Assembly (NCBI RefSeq): GCF_035084215.1
Contig: NC_090332.1
Location: 77,748,001-77,812,000 of the forward strand
DNA: 64,000 nucleotides
DNA from: Heptranchias perlo
Taxonomy: Eukaryota
Direction: 5' to 3'
Position 1 is the stretch's first letter. The number at the start of each line of letters is the position of its first letter. Below, piece after piece: positions 38,012-50,648 of the stretch. The notes under the pieces are model-generated. The model saw only the letters and a program-made list of their open reading frames with translations. It made no database searches and had not been told where the DNA came from. The translations under genes were made by a program, and so were the position numbers.

Positions 38012-38705
38012 AGGGTCCTATTTGACCCTGAGCTGAGCTTACGACCCCATATCCTCTCCATCACCAAGGCCGCCAACTTCCACCTCCGTAACATCGCCCG
38101 TCTCTGCCCCTGCCTCAGCCCATCCACTGATGAAACCCTCATCCATGCCTTTGTTACCTCCAGACTCCACTATTCTAATGCTCTCCTGGCTGCCCTCCCA
38201 TCTTCCACCCTTCATAAACTTGAGTTCATCCAAAGCTCCTGACTCGCACCAAGTCCCCTTCACTCATCACCCCTGTGTTCGCTGACCTACGTTGGCTCCC
38301 AGTCCGGCAATGCCTCGATTTTAAAATTCTCATCCTTGTGTTTAAACCCCTCCATGGTCTCGCCCTGCTCTATCCCTTAACCTCTTCCGGCCTTACAACC
38401 CTTCGAGATATCTGTGCTCCTCCAATTCTGGCCTTGTGTGCATCCCCTATTTCCTTCATCCCACTATGGGCGGCCGTGCCTTCAGCCGTCTAGGCCCTAA
38501 GCCCTGGAATTCCCTAAACCTTTCCGCCTCGCTACCTCTCTCTCCTCCTTTAAGAAGCTCCTTAAAACCTGCCTCTTTGACCAACCTGTCCGATTTTCTC
38601 CTTATGTGGCTCGGTGTCAAATTTTGTTTGATAACGCTCCTGTGAAGCGCCTTGGGATGTTTTACTATGTTAAAAGCGCTATATAAATGAAAGTTGTTGT
38701 TGTTG
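38012..38705 (+). mobile_element. L2-clade LINE 3' portion
   Basis: VLFDPELSLRPHILSITKAANFHLRNIARL..TLIHAFVTSRLHYSNALL; DLRWLPV..FKILILVFK; (GTT)n tail. Confidence 0.9.
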
Positions 38706-39215
38706 ATTCACCCAATCCCTGGGGTTTCTTTCTTAATGAACACATATCGGGACATTCCTGCTGCCAAATTGCTGTGCCATCACACTCTCCATGAGATGCC
38801 TAGTTACACTAGTTAATTACAAGGCGTGGGTTTTTCTTTTAAGAGAGGTAGCGCTCACTCCCTTGTGAGAAGTAAAATCAATTCCATGGGCCACACAAAA
38901 TCAATTTGTAATTTACCTCAACAACCTCTGGAAGCAGTTTGCATTGTACGGGCAGGTTCATGAGTCAGCACTGCCAGACAGCTCACCTGCCTGGAAGTGT
39001 AAGGAAGCAGAGTTCTCATTAAGTTCTCATCGTTCTGTACCATTGAGCCATGGATAAGTAAGATTAGTTAAATACACAACCAGGTCACAAATGGTTAACT
39101 TCTTTTTCTTAAGTTACTACGTACGTACTGAATATAGACTCTCGGTAATTGGTGTAATGGCACGTTCTTTACAAACAGCAGAATAAGTAACAGGTTAGGA
39201 ATAAGAAAAAAGATG

Positions 39216-39537
39216 AAAGAAAGACTTGCATTTAAATAGCGCCTTTCATGACCTCAGGATGTCCCAAAGCGCTTTACAGCCAGTGAAGTACTTTTTGAAG
39301 CGTAGTCACTGTTGTGATGTAGGAAATGCGGCAGCCAATTTGTGCACAGCAAGATCCCACAAACAGCAATGTGATAATGGCCAGATTATTTGTTTTTTTT
39401 TAATATGTTGGTTGAGGGATAAATATTGGCCGGGACACCGGGGATAACTCCCCTGCTCTTCGAAATAGTGCCTTGGGATCTTTTACGTCCACCTGAGAGG
39501 GCAGACGGGGCCTCAGTACTGCACTGGAGTGTCAGCA
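39216..39537 (-). mobile_element. DeuSINE (SacSINE1-like), partial
   Basis: Reverse complement of the 17026 family 3' two-thirds. Confidence 0.85.
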
Positions 39538-40095
39538 TTGAAATAAAACTATTAGTGTAAGGCTAGATTATAGAGAGCCAAATACTGCCACAGGATGTTA
39601 GGATATCTGGAATACCATCTGCAGCTGATGAGAATTGAATATTATGTATAATAGAGGGGTAGGTTTGCAGGGTGAAACTTCAGAGCTTTATTTTCTTAAA
39701 GGTGTTACTTGTGGTTGGTCACCTCTGGCACTGAGTTTTGGGCAAATTCTATAGGGTCTACAGAAGGACAGGGATTTCATACTTCCTCGGGTTGGGAAAA
39801 TATTTGTCACTGGCCTGTTCAGTAAAATCTTTCCTGATCCATTAAGATGCTCACACTCAGCTCCACACTCACACCTAATGCATAGGCTTGGAAATGTTGT
39901 CAGTCTACTCCAGTTACTATCATTTTCATTATAGGACTGTTTTTTTTCAATGAGTATTGTTAGCCGTTTTTCTTATAGTGTGTTGTTTTAAGCCTAGTGA
40001 TGATCTGCATACCATTGCCTCACTCCCCACACTGAGGTGAGAATATGTTCAATAATTTGGTGTCAAGCTACACCTAAGATTGACTGGCTGTTTCA

Positions 40096-41066
40096 GTAAA
40101 CATCGTGACTCATGTCATCTAATGAAGTGATATTTCCAAGTAAACTGGTTCAAATTAGATAAAAAGTGCTTTTAATTACTCGGCCTTAAAGTGGTCGATT
40201 GCGTTCTAAACACTGTCGTTTGTTAACATATTCGAGAGATCTACCATGGACATGGAATTAGCAAATCGGATCAGATTTAATCTTTGGATTCTTTTCAAGT
40301 CAAAGCAGGTAATACCCATGGAACCTGAAACCGAATGTCAGGTCTTTTCAGCTTTCCATTATAAATCAGTCCTGGAATATTAGAGAAATGTGAATGACAT
40401 TCCTTACTCTGAATAGATCCAGAGCCATTTGGATGCATCCTCACAAAGACACATGCACTGTTTCTCCTCCCCTTTGAAACATACATAATCCATCAGACCA
40501 GCCAGGAAGTAGTGATTTATCCAATACTAGACAGCCATTGGGTGTACACCAGCTGGAAGACCACCAGGATCACATGCGTCCCTCTGTCCAATAATGCAGA
40601 TAGATATAAGGTCACGGAAGAAGAGGCAGATAGAAATCCAGAGAAGAAAGCTAGGACAAAGATACCATCTGCAGGACACAGAGAATGGAGTTATAGGTGA
40701 TTTGTTGCTCAGGAAGGTGGGATGTGTTTTCCAAAGACAGTACTTCAGGATGGTGAGTTGTCTACTTGGAGCTACGGCAGGACTTTGAGGAAAGGATAGA
40801 AGGGATATTGGGGGCACACAGTGGTGGTAGTCCACGTCAGGGTAAATGGCAGAGGACACAACAATATAGGGGTCACAAGAATAACCTCAAAACTCAATGT
40901 TAGAGAATGCATTGATTCTTCAGTATTCGGCCTCCCTGAGAGCTCTTCAGGGCAGAAAATCACATCAGTACTGTAAGACTGAGTAATTAAAAGCACTTTT
41001 TATCTAATTTGAACCAGTTTACTTGGAAATATCACTTCATTAGATGACATGAGTCACGATGTTTAC
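40096..41066. repeat. Perfect 86-bp inverted repeat (40096-40181 / 40981-41066), 799-bp spacer
   Basis: GTAAACATCGTGACTC...TTTTAATTACTC is the exact reverse complement of GAGTAATTAAAA...GAGTCACGATGTTTAC. Confidence 0.95.
40560..40845 (+). mobile_element. Degenerate CR1 ORF1 (SGNH esterase) fragment
   Basis: VPLSN..; GVIGDLLLRKV..RMVSCLLGA and VVVVHV resemble CR1 ORF1 motifs VIGDS.VR / RMVCCLPGA / VVVHIG. Confidence 0.6.
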
Positions 41067-41069
41067 ATG

Positions 41070-41270
41070 GAGAATGGCTTCACGAACTGCAGCAAAGGAA
41101 CACTACAACAAGTCACGTGCCTCTAAAAGAGTGGTCATCAAGAGGACCTTTGGGGTCTTAAAGGGCGCTTTTGTTGCCTAGATAGGATGGGAATGGGTCT
41201 GCAGTATTCTCCAGCTCACGTGTCACATATAGTTGTATGCTGCTGTGCATTGCACTTTGCCATAGCAAAA
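41070..41270 (+). pseudogene. Harbinger (HARBI1-like) transposase C-terminal remnant
   Basis: RTAAKEHYNKSRASKRVVIKRTFGVLKGRF/CLDRMGMGLQYSPAHVSHIVVCCCALH with a frameshift. Confidence 0.8.
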
Positions 41271-42189
41271 GGGCTGGATGCAGACATACCTGCAAGGTGG
41301 CCTTAGCTGCTTTGGAGTGGAACTACATGGAGGAGGGTGTCAAAATGATGTTCGCTAAGAGGACTTCAGTGATTGCTACAAGAGGCCATCAGAGCACATC
41401 TCATCACAGAAGTCTTCTCTTCTGTTTAACACAATCTATTTTTGACACCAGTGCCTTACCTGACAACACATCAGCCCTCTATGTCCCTACATGACCGTGC
41501 TAGCATGATCACAAGACTGAATAATCAAACACCAAATAAGTGCACCCTTTCTGGTATGACTCTAACCTCCACGAATAACAAATCACAATGTAAGTGCTAC
41601 TTTATTACAATAAAGTCCAAAGTGAACAGATAACAACCTACTCTTTCCTAACACTGTGCTTTCCCCGGGTGGCTAAACATGCCTATCTTTCATCTCTAAT
41701 GCGACTTCAATGTGCAATTTTAGGGTGGTGGTTGCTTGCTGATGCTCTACAGAAGGGCCATGGAACTGAGAAAGCCCTCTTCTCATGGCAGCTTGGTCCT
41801 GGCACGGAGCTACTGCTGGCTGCATCTCTGGAGCTTGTTCATGGGCAACCTGGTGCAGCCTCCCATGTTCCATTGGCGTGTTGCTCAGAGGCAGAAGGTT
41901 GGAGGCCTGACTTTGTCCCGAGAGATTTCACTATCAGGAACTTCCAGCTCCAGCTACTGCCATTTCACTAGGTGCTGGATCTGTGTCCCCACTGGTCAGT
42001 GGCCTGACTGGTCTAATGGTAGTTAGTGGATCCTGAAAGCCTTGAGAGACAGCTGCATGCACCATGGCTGGAAGAACAAGATCAAGGTACCTTAGTAGAT
42101 TCGACATTTGGCATGTCCAACCAGTGCTGAACAACAATTATCAAATGTTGAACTCTACAGGCAAAACAGTAGAATACAAATGAAAGGAA

Positions 42190-42730
42190 AACATAATCAA
42201 ACTATACAGTGCTCTGGTCAGACCACACCTTAAGTACTGTGCCCATTTCTGGTCAACAAGACACAAGGGGGTCATTCAAGTATCGGAGGCAGTGCATAGA
42301 AGAACCACAAGGATGATCACCAGTCTTGGAGGTTTCATTTACAAGGAAAGACAGGAGAAACCTGGGTTCATCAGCCTTAAAATGAGGTGCCTGAGATACA
42401 ATTGTACAGAGGCATACAAGATTGTAAACAGACTGGAAATGTAAATCCAGAAAATGACTCTACATTAAGTTGTGAGAGGAGGATAAGGGGTCACAGGTTT
42501 AAATTAATAAAAGGCACATTTAGGAATGATATCAGGAAATAATTCTCCTCACAAAGAGTGCTAAACACATGAAATGGATTCCCAGATAGAGTAGTGAAGG
42601 CAGAAACCCTGGAATCATTTAAGAACCAATTGGACACTGCAGTGGGGTTTGGGGGGGGGGTCTATAGACTCATTCTATAGGATGGGCCAAATGGACTTCC
42701 TCATCGATAATTTTCCTGTGATCTTGTGAA
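42190..42730 (+). mobile_element. Old CR1 3' fragment
   Basis: LYSALVRPHLKYCAHFWS..EAVHRRTTRMI; RGHRFKLIKG. Confidence 0.75.
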
Positions 42731-42815
42731 AGTGGGGACATCACTTCTTTTATAACTTTAAAATGAGTCATAGGAAAATTGCCTGGGCATGTTTAAAATG
42801 TGGCTTGCACCCGGA

Positions 42816-42909
42816 GTTTAATATGGGGTTTAATATGGGGTTTAATATGGGGTTTAATATGGGGTTTAATATGGGGTTTAATATGGGGTTTAATATGGGG
42901 TTTAATATG
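42816..42909. repeat. 12-bp tandem repeat (TTTAATATGGGG), about 8 units
   Basis: Direct inspection; perfect units. Confidence 0.97.
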
Positions 42910-43011
42910 CTCTGTGCGTTAGAGCTAGGGCGTGCATTTATTGTGTATTGGGCATGGTATATCTGTGATTGGTGGGTGTCTCTTGACCATGTTCTTTGTA
43001 TAATCGATGTT

Positions 43012-43505
43012 CATAGAATCATACAGCACAGAAGGAAGCCATTCGGCCCATCATTGCCTGTGCCGGCTCTTTGAAAGAGCTATCCAATTAATCCTACTCC
43101 CCTGCTCTTTTCCCTCAGCCCTGCATATTTTTTCTTCTCAAGTATTCATCCAAATTCCTTTTGAAAGTTACTATTGAATCTGCTTCCACCACCCTTTCAG
43201 GCAGCGTATTCCAGATCATAACAACTCACTGCATAAAAAAAAAATTCTCCTCATCTCCCACCTGGTTCTTTTGCCAATTATCTTAAATCGGTGTCCTCTG
43301 GTTACAGACCCTCCTACCAGTGGAAACAGTTTCTCCTTATTTACTCGATCAAAATCCGTATCATTTTGAAAACCTCTATTAAATCTCTCCTTAAATGTCA
43401 CTGCTCTAAGGAGAACAGTCCCAACTTCTCCAGTCTCTTCACATAACTGAAGTCCCTCATCTCTGGTACCATTCTCGTAAATCTCCTCTGCACCATCTCC
43501 AAGGT
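43012..43505 (-). mobile_element. CR1 LINE 3' end
   Basis: FDRVNKEKLFPLVGGSVTRGHRFKIIGKR; CATAGAATCATACAGCACAGAAGG tail. Confidence 0.88.
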
Positions 43506-43714
43506 CGATTGATACTTAACAAACTAACTCAGGATTTAATTCAACCCCAGGTCGTGTTAACTTCTCCCGTTCATTGCTGGCACAGCAAATACAGTGTGGG
43601 TTGCTCTCTACTGCCTCAACAATATGCCTTGACCCCTAAGTCAGAGGAGCACTTCCTCTACTGTAGTAATGTAATATTTCCATTTGGAACACCTACTAAC
43701 CTCATAAGAGGAGT

Positions 43715-44137
43715 GATTATATAATCTAGGCTTGTATTCCCTGGAATGTAAAAGGTTAAGGGATGATTTGATTGAGGTTTTTAGAATTTTGAAAGGACTT
43801 GATCGGGTCGATAGAGAGAAACTTTTTCCGCTGGTGGGGGAGTCTAGGACAAGGGAACATAACCTTAAAATCAGAGCCAGGCCATTCAGGAGAGAAGTTA
43901 GGAAAGACCTCTTCATGCAAAGGGTGGTAGAAGTGTGGAATTCTCTCACAAAAAGCAGTAGATGCTCAATTAATAATTTTAGATCTGAGGTCGATAGATT
44001 TTTGCTAGCCAAGGGTATTAAGGGTTATGGAGCCAAGGCGGGTCAATGGAGTTAGGATACAGATCAGCCATGATCTCATTGAATGGAACAGGCGGAACAG
44101 GCTTGAGGAGCTGAATGGCCTACTCCTGTTCCTATGT
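43715..44137 (+). mobile_element. CR1 LINE 3' end
   Basis: YSLECKRLRDDLIEVFRILKGLDRVD..RVVEVWNSL; tail GGCCTACTCCTGTTCCTATG. Confidence 0.92.
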
Positions 44138-44767
44138 AGTCTCTGAGAGTGACTGCCATTGCTATTAAGCTACGAACAACTTTTGTGCGGCAAATATATT
44201 CACTAAGAATTAGCTTTAGACAGCCCAAACTCACTTGGCATAAAAACACCAGGGAGAGAGGAAACTTCTATTCCATCAGACTGGGCCGGATTTAAACGTA
44301 AGTCAAAGTGATGAATGAACTAGGTCACCCAGTTGCCTGGTTACATTCTCCTGAGTGGGTAGACACAAATTTATCTTTCAGGGACTTTGACTGTGAGGTA
44401 AATAATTGTCTTTTCTTTCATTGCCTTAATAAAAAAAAGGACACCCAGAATTATAAAATGTTTCGAGTTTCACTTAAACACTCTCAAATCTACAGATTTT
44501 GACACTGTCTTGGGAGTGAGGTAGGCAGTCTGTTACAGTCTTTTCCTGTGTCCTCTTTACCCCTGTTATATAAGAACCTAAGACATGCTTAAAGCTGCTC
44601 CTGGGAGGAACCAACATCAGGCTATTCCGTAATTTATTTCCCTTCTGCTGTTATTTTAATTAAAACTAATTGCTGCTTCCATTATCCTTTTTATGAGACT
44701 AAGCCCAACTTCAAAGGAAAAAGACATTACCTCTCGAGAACTTGTTAAGCTACAAGCTCAAATGGGG

Positions 44768-45550
44768 TTCTTGAGTCATTTTGGTGCTGCGATTTTGTCA
44801 AGTGTGGTCAGGTCCCTCACTGTATCCCCCACTTCTCCAGGGAAACGGGATGAAAATGAGAAGCTGAAGCATTAAAATCGTTCTGCTGTTTTAAGTAGAT
44901 AGCAGGAGTGGATCTCCTGAGAATTGTATTGCCAAATGGAAGATAGACTAAGGTCCTAAGTTTGTTCCCTGGCGTGTGCTGAGTCTCATGCACAGAAGGT
45001 GGACATGGTCCTTAAACATCTAGCCTACCTTTGCTTTGCTGAGGCAGTGCACGTCATATGGATTATTCCTTGAGTAATTTCAGTCCCATGTTAACTTTTT
45101 TTATAAAGAAGTTTTGCAAATCTTCTGTCTGTGGCTTTACAATGAACTTCACTTCAGTGGATACTTAGTAAATAATGGAGCGGAGTTTCCTCTTTGTGAC
45201 TCCTAGGAAATGTTCAGTCCTCCAGTTCATTGAGGAGGAATTGGGGACATGAAGCTGTTGCACCGAATCACCACCCCCACAAAGCTATCCCAGGGCTCCC
45301 ACAAAACATCGTAACTGTGCCTGCACCCACAATAGACACAGGCCCAGAGAAGGCACCATAATGAGGTGGGAGGGCGCTCACTTTCCTCCTCCTGCACCCC
45401 TGGGGAACCCAAACAAAGGCCAAAGGAACCTGGTGGGGGAGCTCGTGCATGGACCCTTGCATTTTCATCCCGTTCCCCTGGAGAAGTGGGGGATACAGTG
45501 AAGGACCTGCTTGCACTTGACAAAAACACAGCACCAAAATAACTCAAGAA
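44768..45550. repeat. 91-bp inverted repeat, about 90% identity (44768-44858 / 45460-45550)
   Basis: Manual alignment gives 9 mismatches and no gaps. Confidence 0.9.
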
Positions 45551-48156
45551 TGCCACTTTCGACAGTATTGCTTCTTGGACCAGAGAGTCTGGGAGCACCA
45601 TAACGAAAGAAGATAGCATGCAGGTATTTTTGCTTTCCCCAGTCCCCCCTTGCCCCCACCCCACCCCTGAACGATCATTGGGCCTCAAAGCCTTCTGGCC
45701 TCTGCTTTCCCGAGGCCCCAATATCCTTTCCTTTCCCCTCCACCTCCACAAATTTTCTCCCCTCCACTGAAGATGGTGACTCATGTCAGTGTACAGGTCC
45801 CCCGATACCTCACTCAAGTGACTGTTCTTCACATGTCTGCCTGTCCTCACCTCCCAACAAGGGTCATTGCCCAAGTCAATTCTTTCTGAAGCAAGGAGAT
45901 GAAAAACAGTAAAATAATAAAACCAAGGTGGAAGAAGTTTGCAGCACAATTACAGGGTGGTGTTTAATAGTGGAGCACTTAGAAAGTTGTTGCACTGAGT
46001 GGCTAAGGTGCACCATTCAAATGACAATATGACCATTCGATTTGACAGACATCAGAGAATGTTGCATATTCAGGACTGAATTTGTCGTGTGTTGATATTA
46101 CATAAATAAAATTACAAAAATTCTGAGAATGAAGGAATGCGTGTAGTTGTAGATAGAAAGGGATGATTGCTATTGATTCTGGGCCTGCCCTATCTGTATT
46201 TTTAATTTCCGTCCCAGCCGATGGCTTCCTGAGGTTTTTTGAGGATTAAAACAATGTAGAAATTACAGTTTACATGCAGGTTAAATGAAGCACTGTATCC
46301 AACTGTGCGCTGTGTGACAGTCCTGCAGGGAACATCTAATATTGTTAATCTACTTTCGACAGCAAGGCTTTTGCTATTGCAAAGAAAACAAGTCAAGTAT
46401 AAAGAATGTTTCCTCCTAATGTCAGCAGAGGAAATGAGGCATTCCAGTTGCATCTTTGAAAAGAAAATTAACATTTAACTTAAGACTTTTTTTTCCTTCT
46501 TAAACATATGAAGTAAACATATGTCCGCACTCAATCTGGAAGTCAGAACAGGCCCTTTGTTGCCTGTAGTAATGACCTTACTATCCTAGACGCAATAAAA
46601 TCCCTGGAGAGAATTATTGCTCAGCCATCTTCCCTCATGAGTGTAGCTCTCTGCAATCTGCTTCATCTGCTGAGAGCATTCTTAAAGGGACCTGCTCCAC
46701 TAAACAAGCAATTAGGATTTTCACTCTTTGCCATAACTGTGCGCGGGCACAATTGGGTAGCTCGCTACGGTAAAGCAATAATCACTTTGTGCACTCCGTG
46801 TCGCCTTTACGCTGCTTTGAAGCTGGAAGCTATACAGTCACAATTTTAAAAATATGTTCACCTTAGAGATGTGGCATTCAGCCCATTTTGAAAGGTGTAG
46901 ATCAGGTACAAGAAGAAGCTCATCATCTGATAGCTGATCTTGATCTCTCTCTTGCCTTTCTTCTCCAACCTCTCTGTCCCCTCAAGACAATTTTTTAAAA
47001 ATTTATTGATCTCACAATGGTCATTGCTTTTTTGAATTTTCATCTCTCGTTCCTCCTAATTTCCAGATATACCATGCAAGATGCTGTTGTGGAAATCATG
47101 CTTATTCCACATTTCTTCCTCTTCACTCATTCTTTCTCAGGACCTCAAAACTGTGGCATTCCTTACATCTTTTGGTTTTCCCTTCATCCTACAATCTTCC
47201 TTGACTAAGCACACACTCTGCTTCTGGCGTGCTGTCAGTGTCCCCCGTAAGGTTGACTACAGGAGGTGTTGTCAGGGGTGACTCTCCTAATTTCTCCTCT
47301 TCCCACAGTGAGATGCTACAGTCTTCACTCAGCGTGTCTCGGATCAGGAACTGTGCAGGCAAATGGCTTTCTGATGCGAATGTAAAAAAGGCCTATCATG
47401 CAGACTCCAGTACAGTCTACCCTATCATGGACTCTACTTCACCTATTTATTTTCCCGATTGAAAGTTACGTACAAATACTCCCTGACCCCCAAATATAAG
47501 GAAGCAAAATGCCAAAATATTCATCCCTCCTCACAACAACATTATTCATCACTGGATAGACTGCCTCTCCTCATTAACACAGGAACCAGTTTGTCCAGTG
47601 GAGTATTTGATTGTCTCATTCTGTACCTACTCCTATAATCACCATACGTGCTCCCAACGAGATATTTGCCAGCTCCTTTTTGACAGATTGAATTGAATGA
47701 GCCTCAACTCATTTTGCTGGGAATCTGTTCCATCTATTCACTATTATAAGGGGAGGGGGAATTTCTTTCAGCCTCTAGCGAGAGGAAATGCCTGCAATGC
47801 GGCGAAGGGCTATGGGGAAAAGCCAAACACCAGTATTTCTATTGTGATCCAGCTTAAAGCAGCTGGCTGTTCGATAGATTTGAAAGTGCTTGTTTCTATC
47901 TAACAGCAATAACTTCGTACATTTCCACAGAACTCTCACGTTGCATCTCTGACCAAATGGTGGACACCAAACAAAGGGATTAAAGTAAGAGACTAGGAAG
48001 TGGGTATGCAAGCACAGTCAAAGATTGGTTTTACAGAAGCTTTTGAAAGTAGTTTGTGTGGAGGGACTTTGGAAGGGACTTCCAGAGGACAAGGGCAAAA
48101 TGACTAAAGAAATAGTCCTCTATTGAGCAGAGAGAGTGTGAAATGAGGTGTAATCC

Positions 48157-48566
48157 TGTGGCTCAGTTGGTAGCACTCTTGCTTCTGAGTCAGAAGGTTG
48201 TGGGCTCAAGTCCCACTCAAGAGACTTGAGCATAAAATACAGGCTGATACTCCAATGCAGTACTGAGGGAGTTGAACCGAGGCCCCATCTGCCCTCTCAG
48301 GTGGACGTAAAAGATCCCATGGCACCATTTTGAAGAAGAGCAGGAGAGTTCTCCCCAGTGTCCTGACCAACATTTATCCCTCAACCAATACCACTAAAAC
48401 GGATTATCTGGTCATTATCACATTGCTGAGTGAGCGCTTGCTGTGTGCAAATTAGCTGCCGCGTTTCCTACATTACAACAGTGATTACACTTCAAAAGTA
48501 CTCCATTCATTGTAAAGTGCTTTAGGTTGTGAAAGGTGCTATATAAATGCTAGTCTTTATTTCTTT
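48157..48566 (+). mobile_element. DeuSINE (SacSINE1-like)
   Basis: GTGGCTCAGTTGGTAGCAC head, Deu-like block, tail GCTATATAAATGCTAGTC. Confidence 0.87.
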
Positions 48567-48759
48567 AGTGTTGGATGAGCAAAGAGTGCATAATGGGATT
48601 TATAATATGGATTGGGACCTCAACAGCAGTTGGGATGGAGACAGACAGTGTTCTGGATGGAAAAGATCACATGTCATGTCAGAAGCTCATGCAACACTTG
48701 CCAGCAATGTCACAACTCGTGTGCACTACACAAGTATATTATGCATTCACACCATTGGA

Positions 48760-49165
48760 CTGAGAGGATACACTTATCAGGAAAGGCTGAACAGGGAGGG
48801 GCTCTTTTCTCTAAAAAAGAGAAGGCTGAGGGGTGACCGGATTGATAATGAAAGGGTTTGATAGGGCAAACGTAGCAAAAATGTTTCCACTTGTGGGGGA
48901 GTCCAGAACTAGAGGTCATAAATATAAGATAGTATTTAATAAATCCAATGGGTAAGAATGTGGAATTTGCTCCCATAAGGAGTAGTTGAGGCAAATAGCA
49001 TAGATGCATTTAAGGGGAAGCTAGATAAGCACATGAGGGAGAAAGGAATAGAAGGAAATGCTGATAGGGTGAGATGAAATACGCAGGGAGGAGGTTCGTT
49101 TGGAGCATAAACGTCGGCATAGACCAGTCGGGCTGTTTCTGTGCTGTAGATTCGATGTAACTCGA
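48760..49165 (+). mobile_element. CR1 LINE 3' end
   Basis: LRGYTYQERLNREGLFSLKKRRLRGD..TRGHKYKI. Confidence 0.85.
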
Positions 49166-50239
49166 TACACTGCTTACACTAACAATTTGTCTACGTGGGC
49201 AGCCATTATATCTATTCCTATTCAATAGAATATCTTAAATGCTCATGAACCAGAATTCTGAGTAGTGCAGATCATTGCCAGAAATCTCTGTCCGGTATCT
49301 CTCCTACGTAGGGTTGTTGAAGAATTAATCCAACGAGGAGATTATAGTTATGTCTCCATCCACTTAAAATATTCCATCATGTCCAGGGAAGTAATGGAGT
49401 AACATTTATTACTTATTATTTTTCAAAAAAAACTGTAAACATATATAATTTAGCCTGTACATAGTTAAATATTAATACTTCTAAACTAAAACCGAACTAA
49501 AGGGCTAGGATGAACATGTCAGCATCTACAGTGAACAACATGAACTGTGATATGGGTGTGCATAGATTTCACATCTACAGAGGCAGAGGCAGGGTTCAGG
49601 AAACTTGAATCATGGCTTGCTGTAAGATCATCCAATTGTAACATGTAGGGGGATATTTGTGTCCCAGTTTCTGAGATAAAACATAACCTTTATTTTGGGA
49701 AACTGGCCCAAATTTCTCAAAAGTCTTTTTGTGGTATTGCACTAATTACGGCCATTTTGGATGCCGTTCATAGCATCTTGCCAGAAAGTGATCTCATGGG
49801 ATAGAAAACAGTTTTTTTTAACTCTCGATGATGGGAGAACAGAGAATGTTATCTTTCTGCTGTCAGAATCAGAGAGGATCCTTTAACTGTGATTCTTTCT
49901 GGAAATTACATGGAAAACCTTTAGGTGGAATGGTAAGTGCTTAAGGTATGTTCCATATTTTCTTTTTAAATCTGAAACTCAGCCTTAAAATGTCAGAATT
50001 CAAGGGCTCCTCCATCAATCCTCCTAACAAAAAGTCAGCAGCAACTGGAGAAACAAAAATACATATTGGAGATTTCCTGAACACAAATGAAACCCACCAA
50101 TGCCAGTGATAGGACCAGGAAATCGTCCCACAGTGTCATCTTAGCTAATTTTATTGGAGTATATCTGTCCCCACACTAAGTCACGGTTGATAATGGTAAG
50201 TACACAATATTCACAGAGAGTACCCCTAGAATCACTTTT

Positions 50240-50648
50240 CAACCTTCTGGACTCAACACTGATTTCAATAACTTCAGATCATAACCACAGCTCCCACTTT
50301 TTTTGGGCAGCAGGTGTTGGTAATGGTTCTGCTGTTGCCATTTACAGCTCCTCTAGACCCATTTTGCTTCTTTACTTGTCCCATTACCACCCTCCTTGCC
50401 TTGCACCATCATCCCTTTTGTTATTTAATCACTCCTGCCGTCCCACCCTTTCACATACCTTCCCTTTTGTTCCTTCCTCCCCTCTCCTTCCATCCCCCCA
50501 ACTGTACTTGCTTAAAAACTGTTCAATCTTCAACTTTTTCCAGTTCTGACGAAAGGTCATCGACCTGAAACGTTAACTCTTTTTCTTTCTCCACAGATGC
50601 GGCCTGACTTGCTGAGTATTTCCAGCATTTTCTGTTTTCTGTTTTTAT
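50240..50648 (+). mobile_element. Second Penelope-like family, 3' end
   Basis: QPSGLNTDFNNFRS* (GIY-YIG C-terminal GLN motif), pyrimidine-rich UTR, hammerhead; degenerate TSD TACCCCTAGAATCACTTT / TACCCCAGAATTACTTT. Confidence 0.8.
50542..50578 (+). ncRNA. Minimal type I hammerhead ribozyme motif
   Basis: AGUU-CUGACGA-A-AGGUC auc GACCU-GAAA-CG-UU-AACU: perfect stems I and II, palindromic stem III (AACGUU), NUH = GUU. Confidence 0.85.

Noticed and set aside
42816-42909. Interstitial telomere
   Set aside because: Unit is TTTAATATGGGG, not TTAGGG
45227-45949. 240-aa minus-strand ORF as a nested gene
   Set aside because: Non-ATG start, no recognisable domain, overlaps an inverted-repeat arm; unsupported without a homology search
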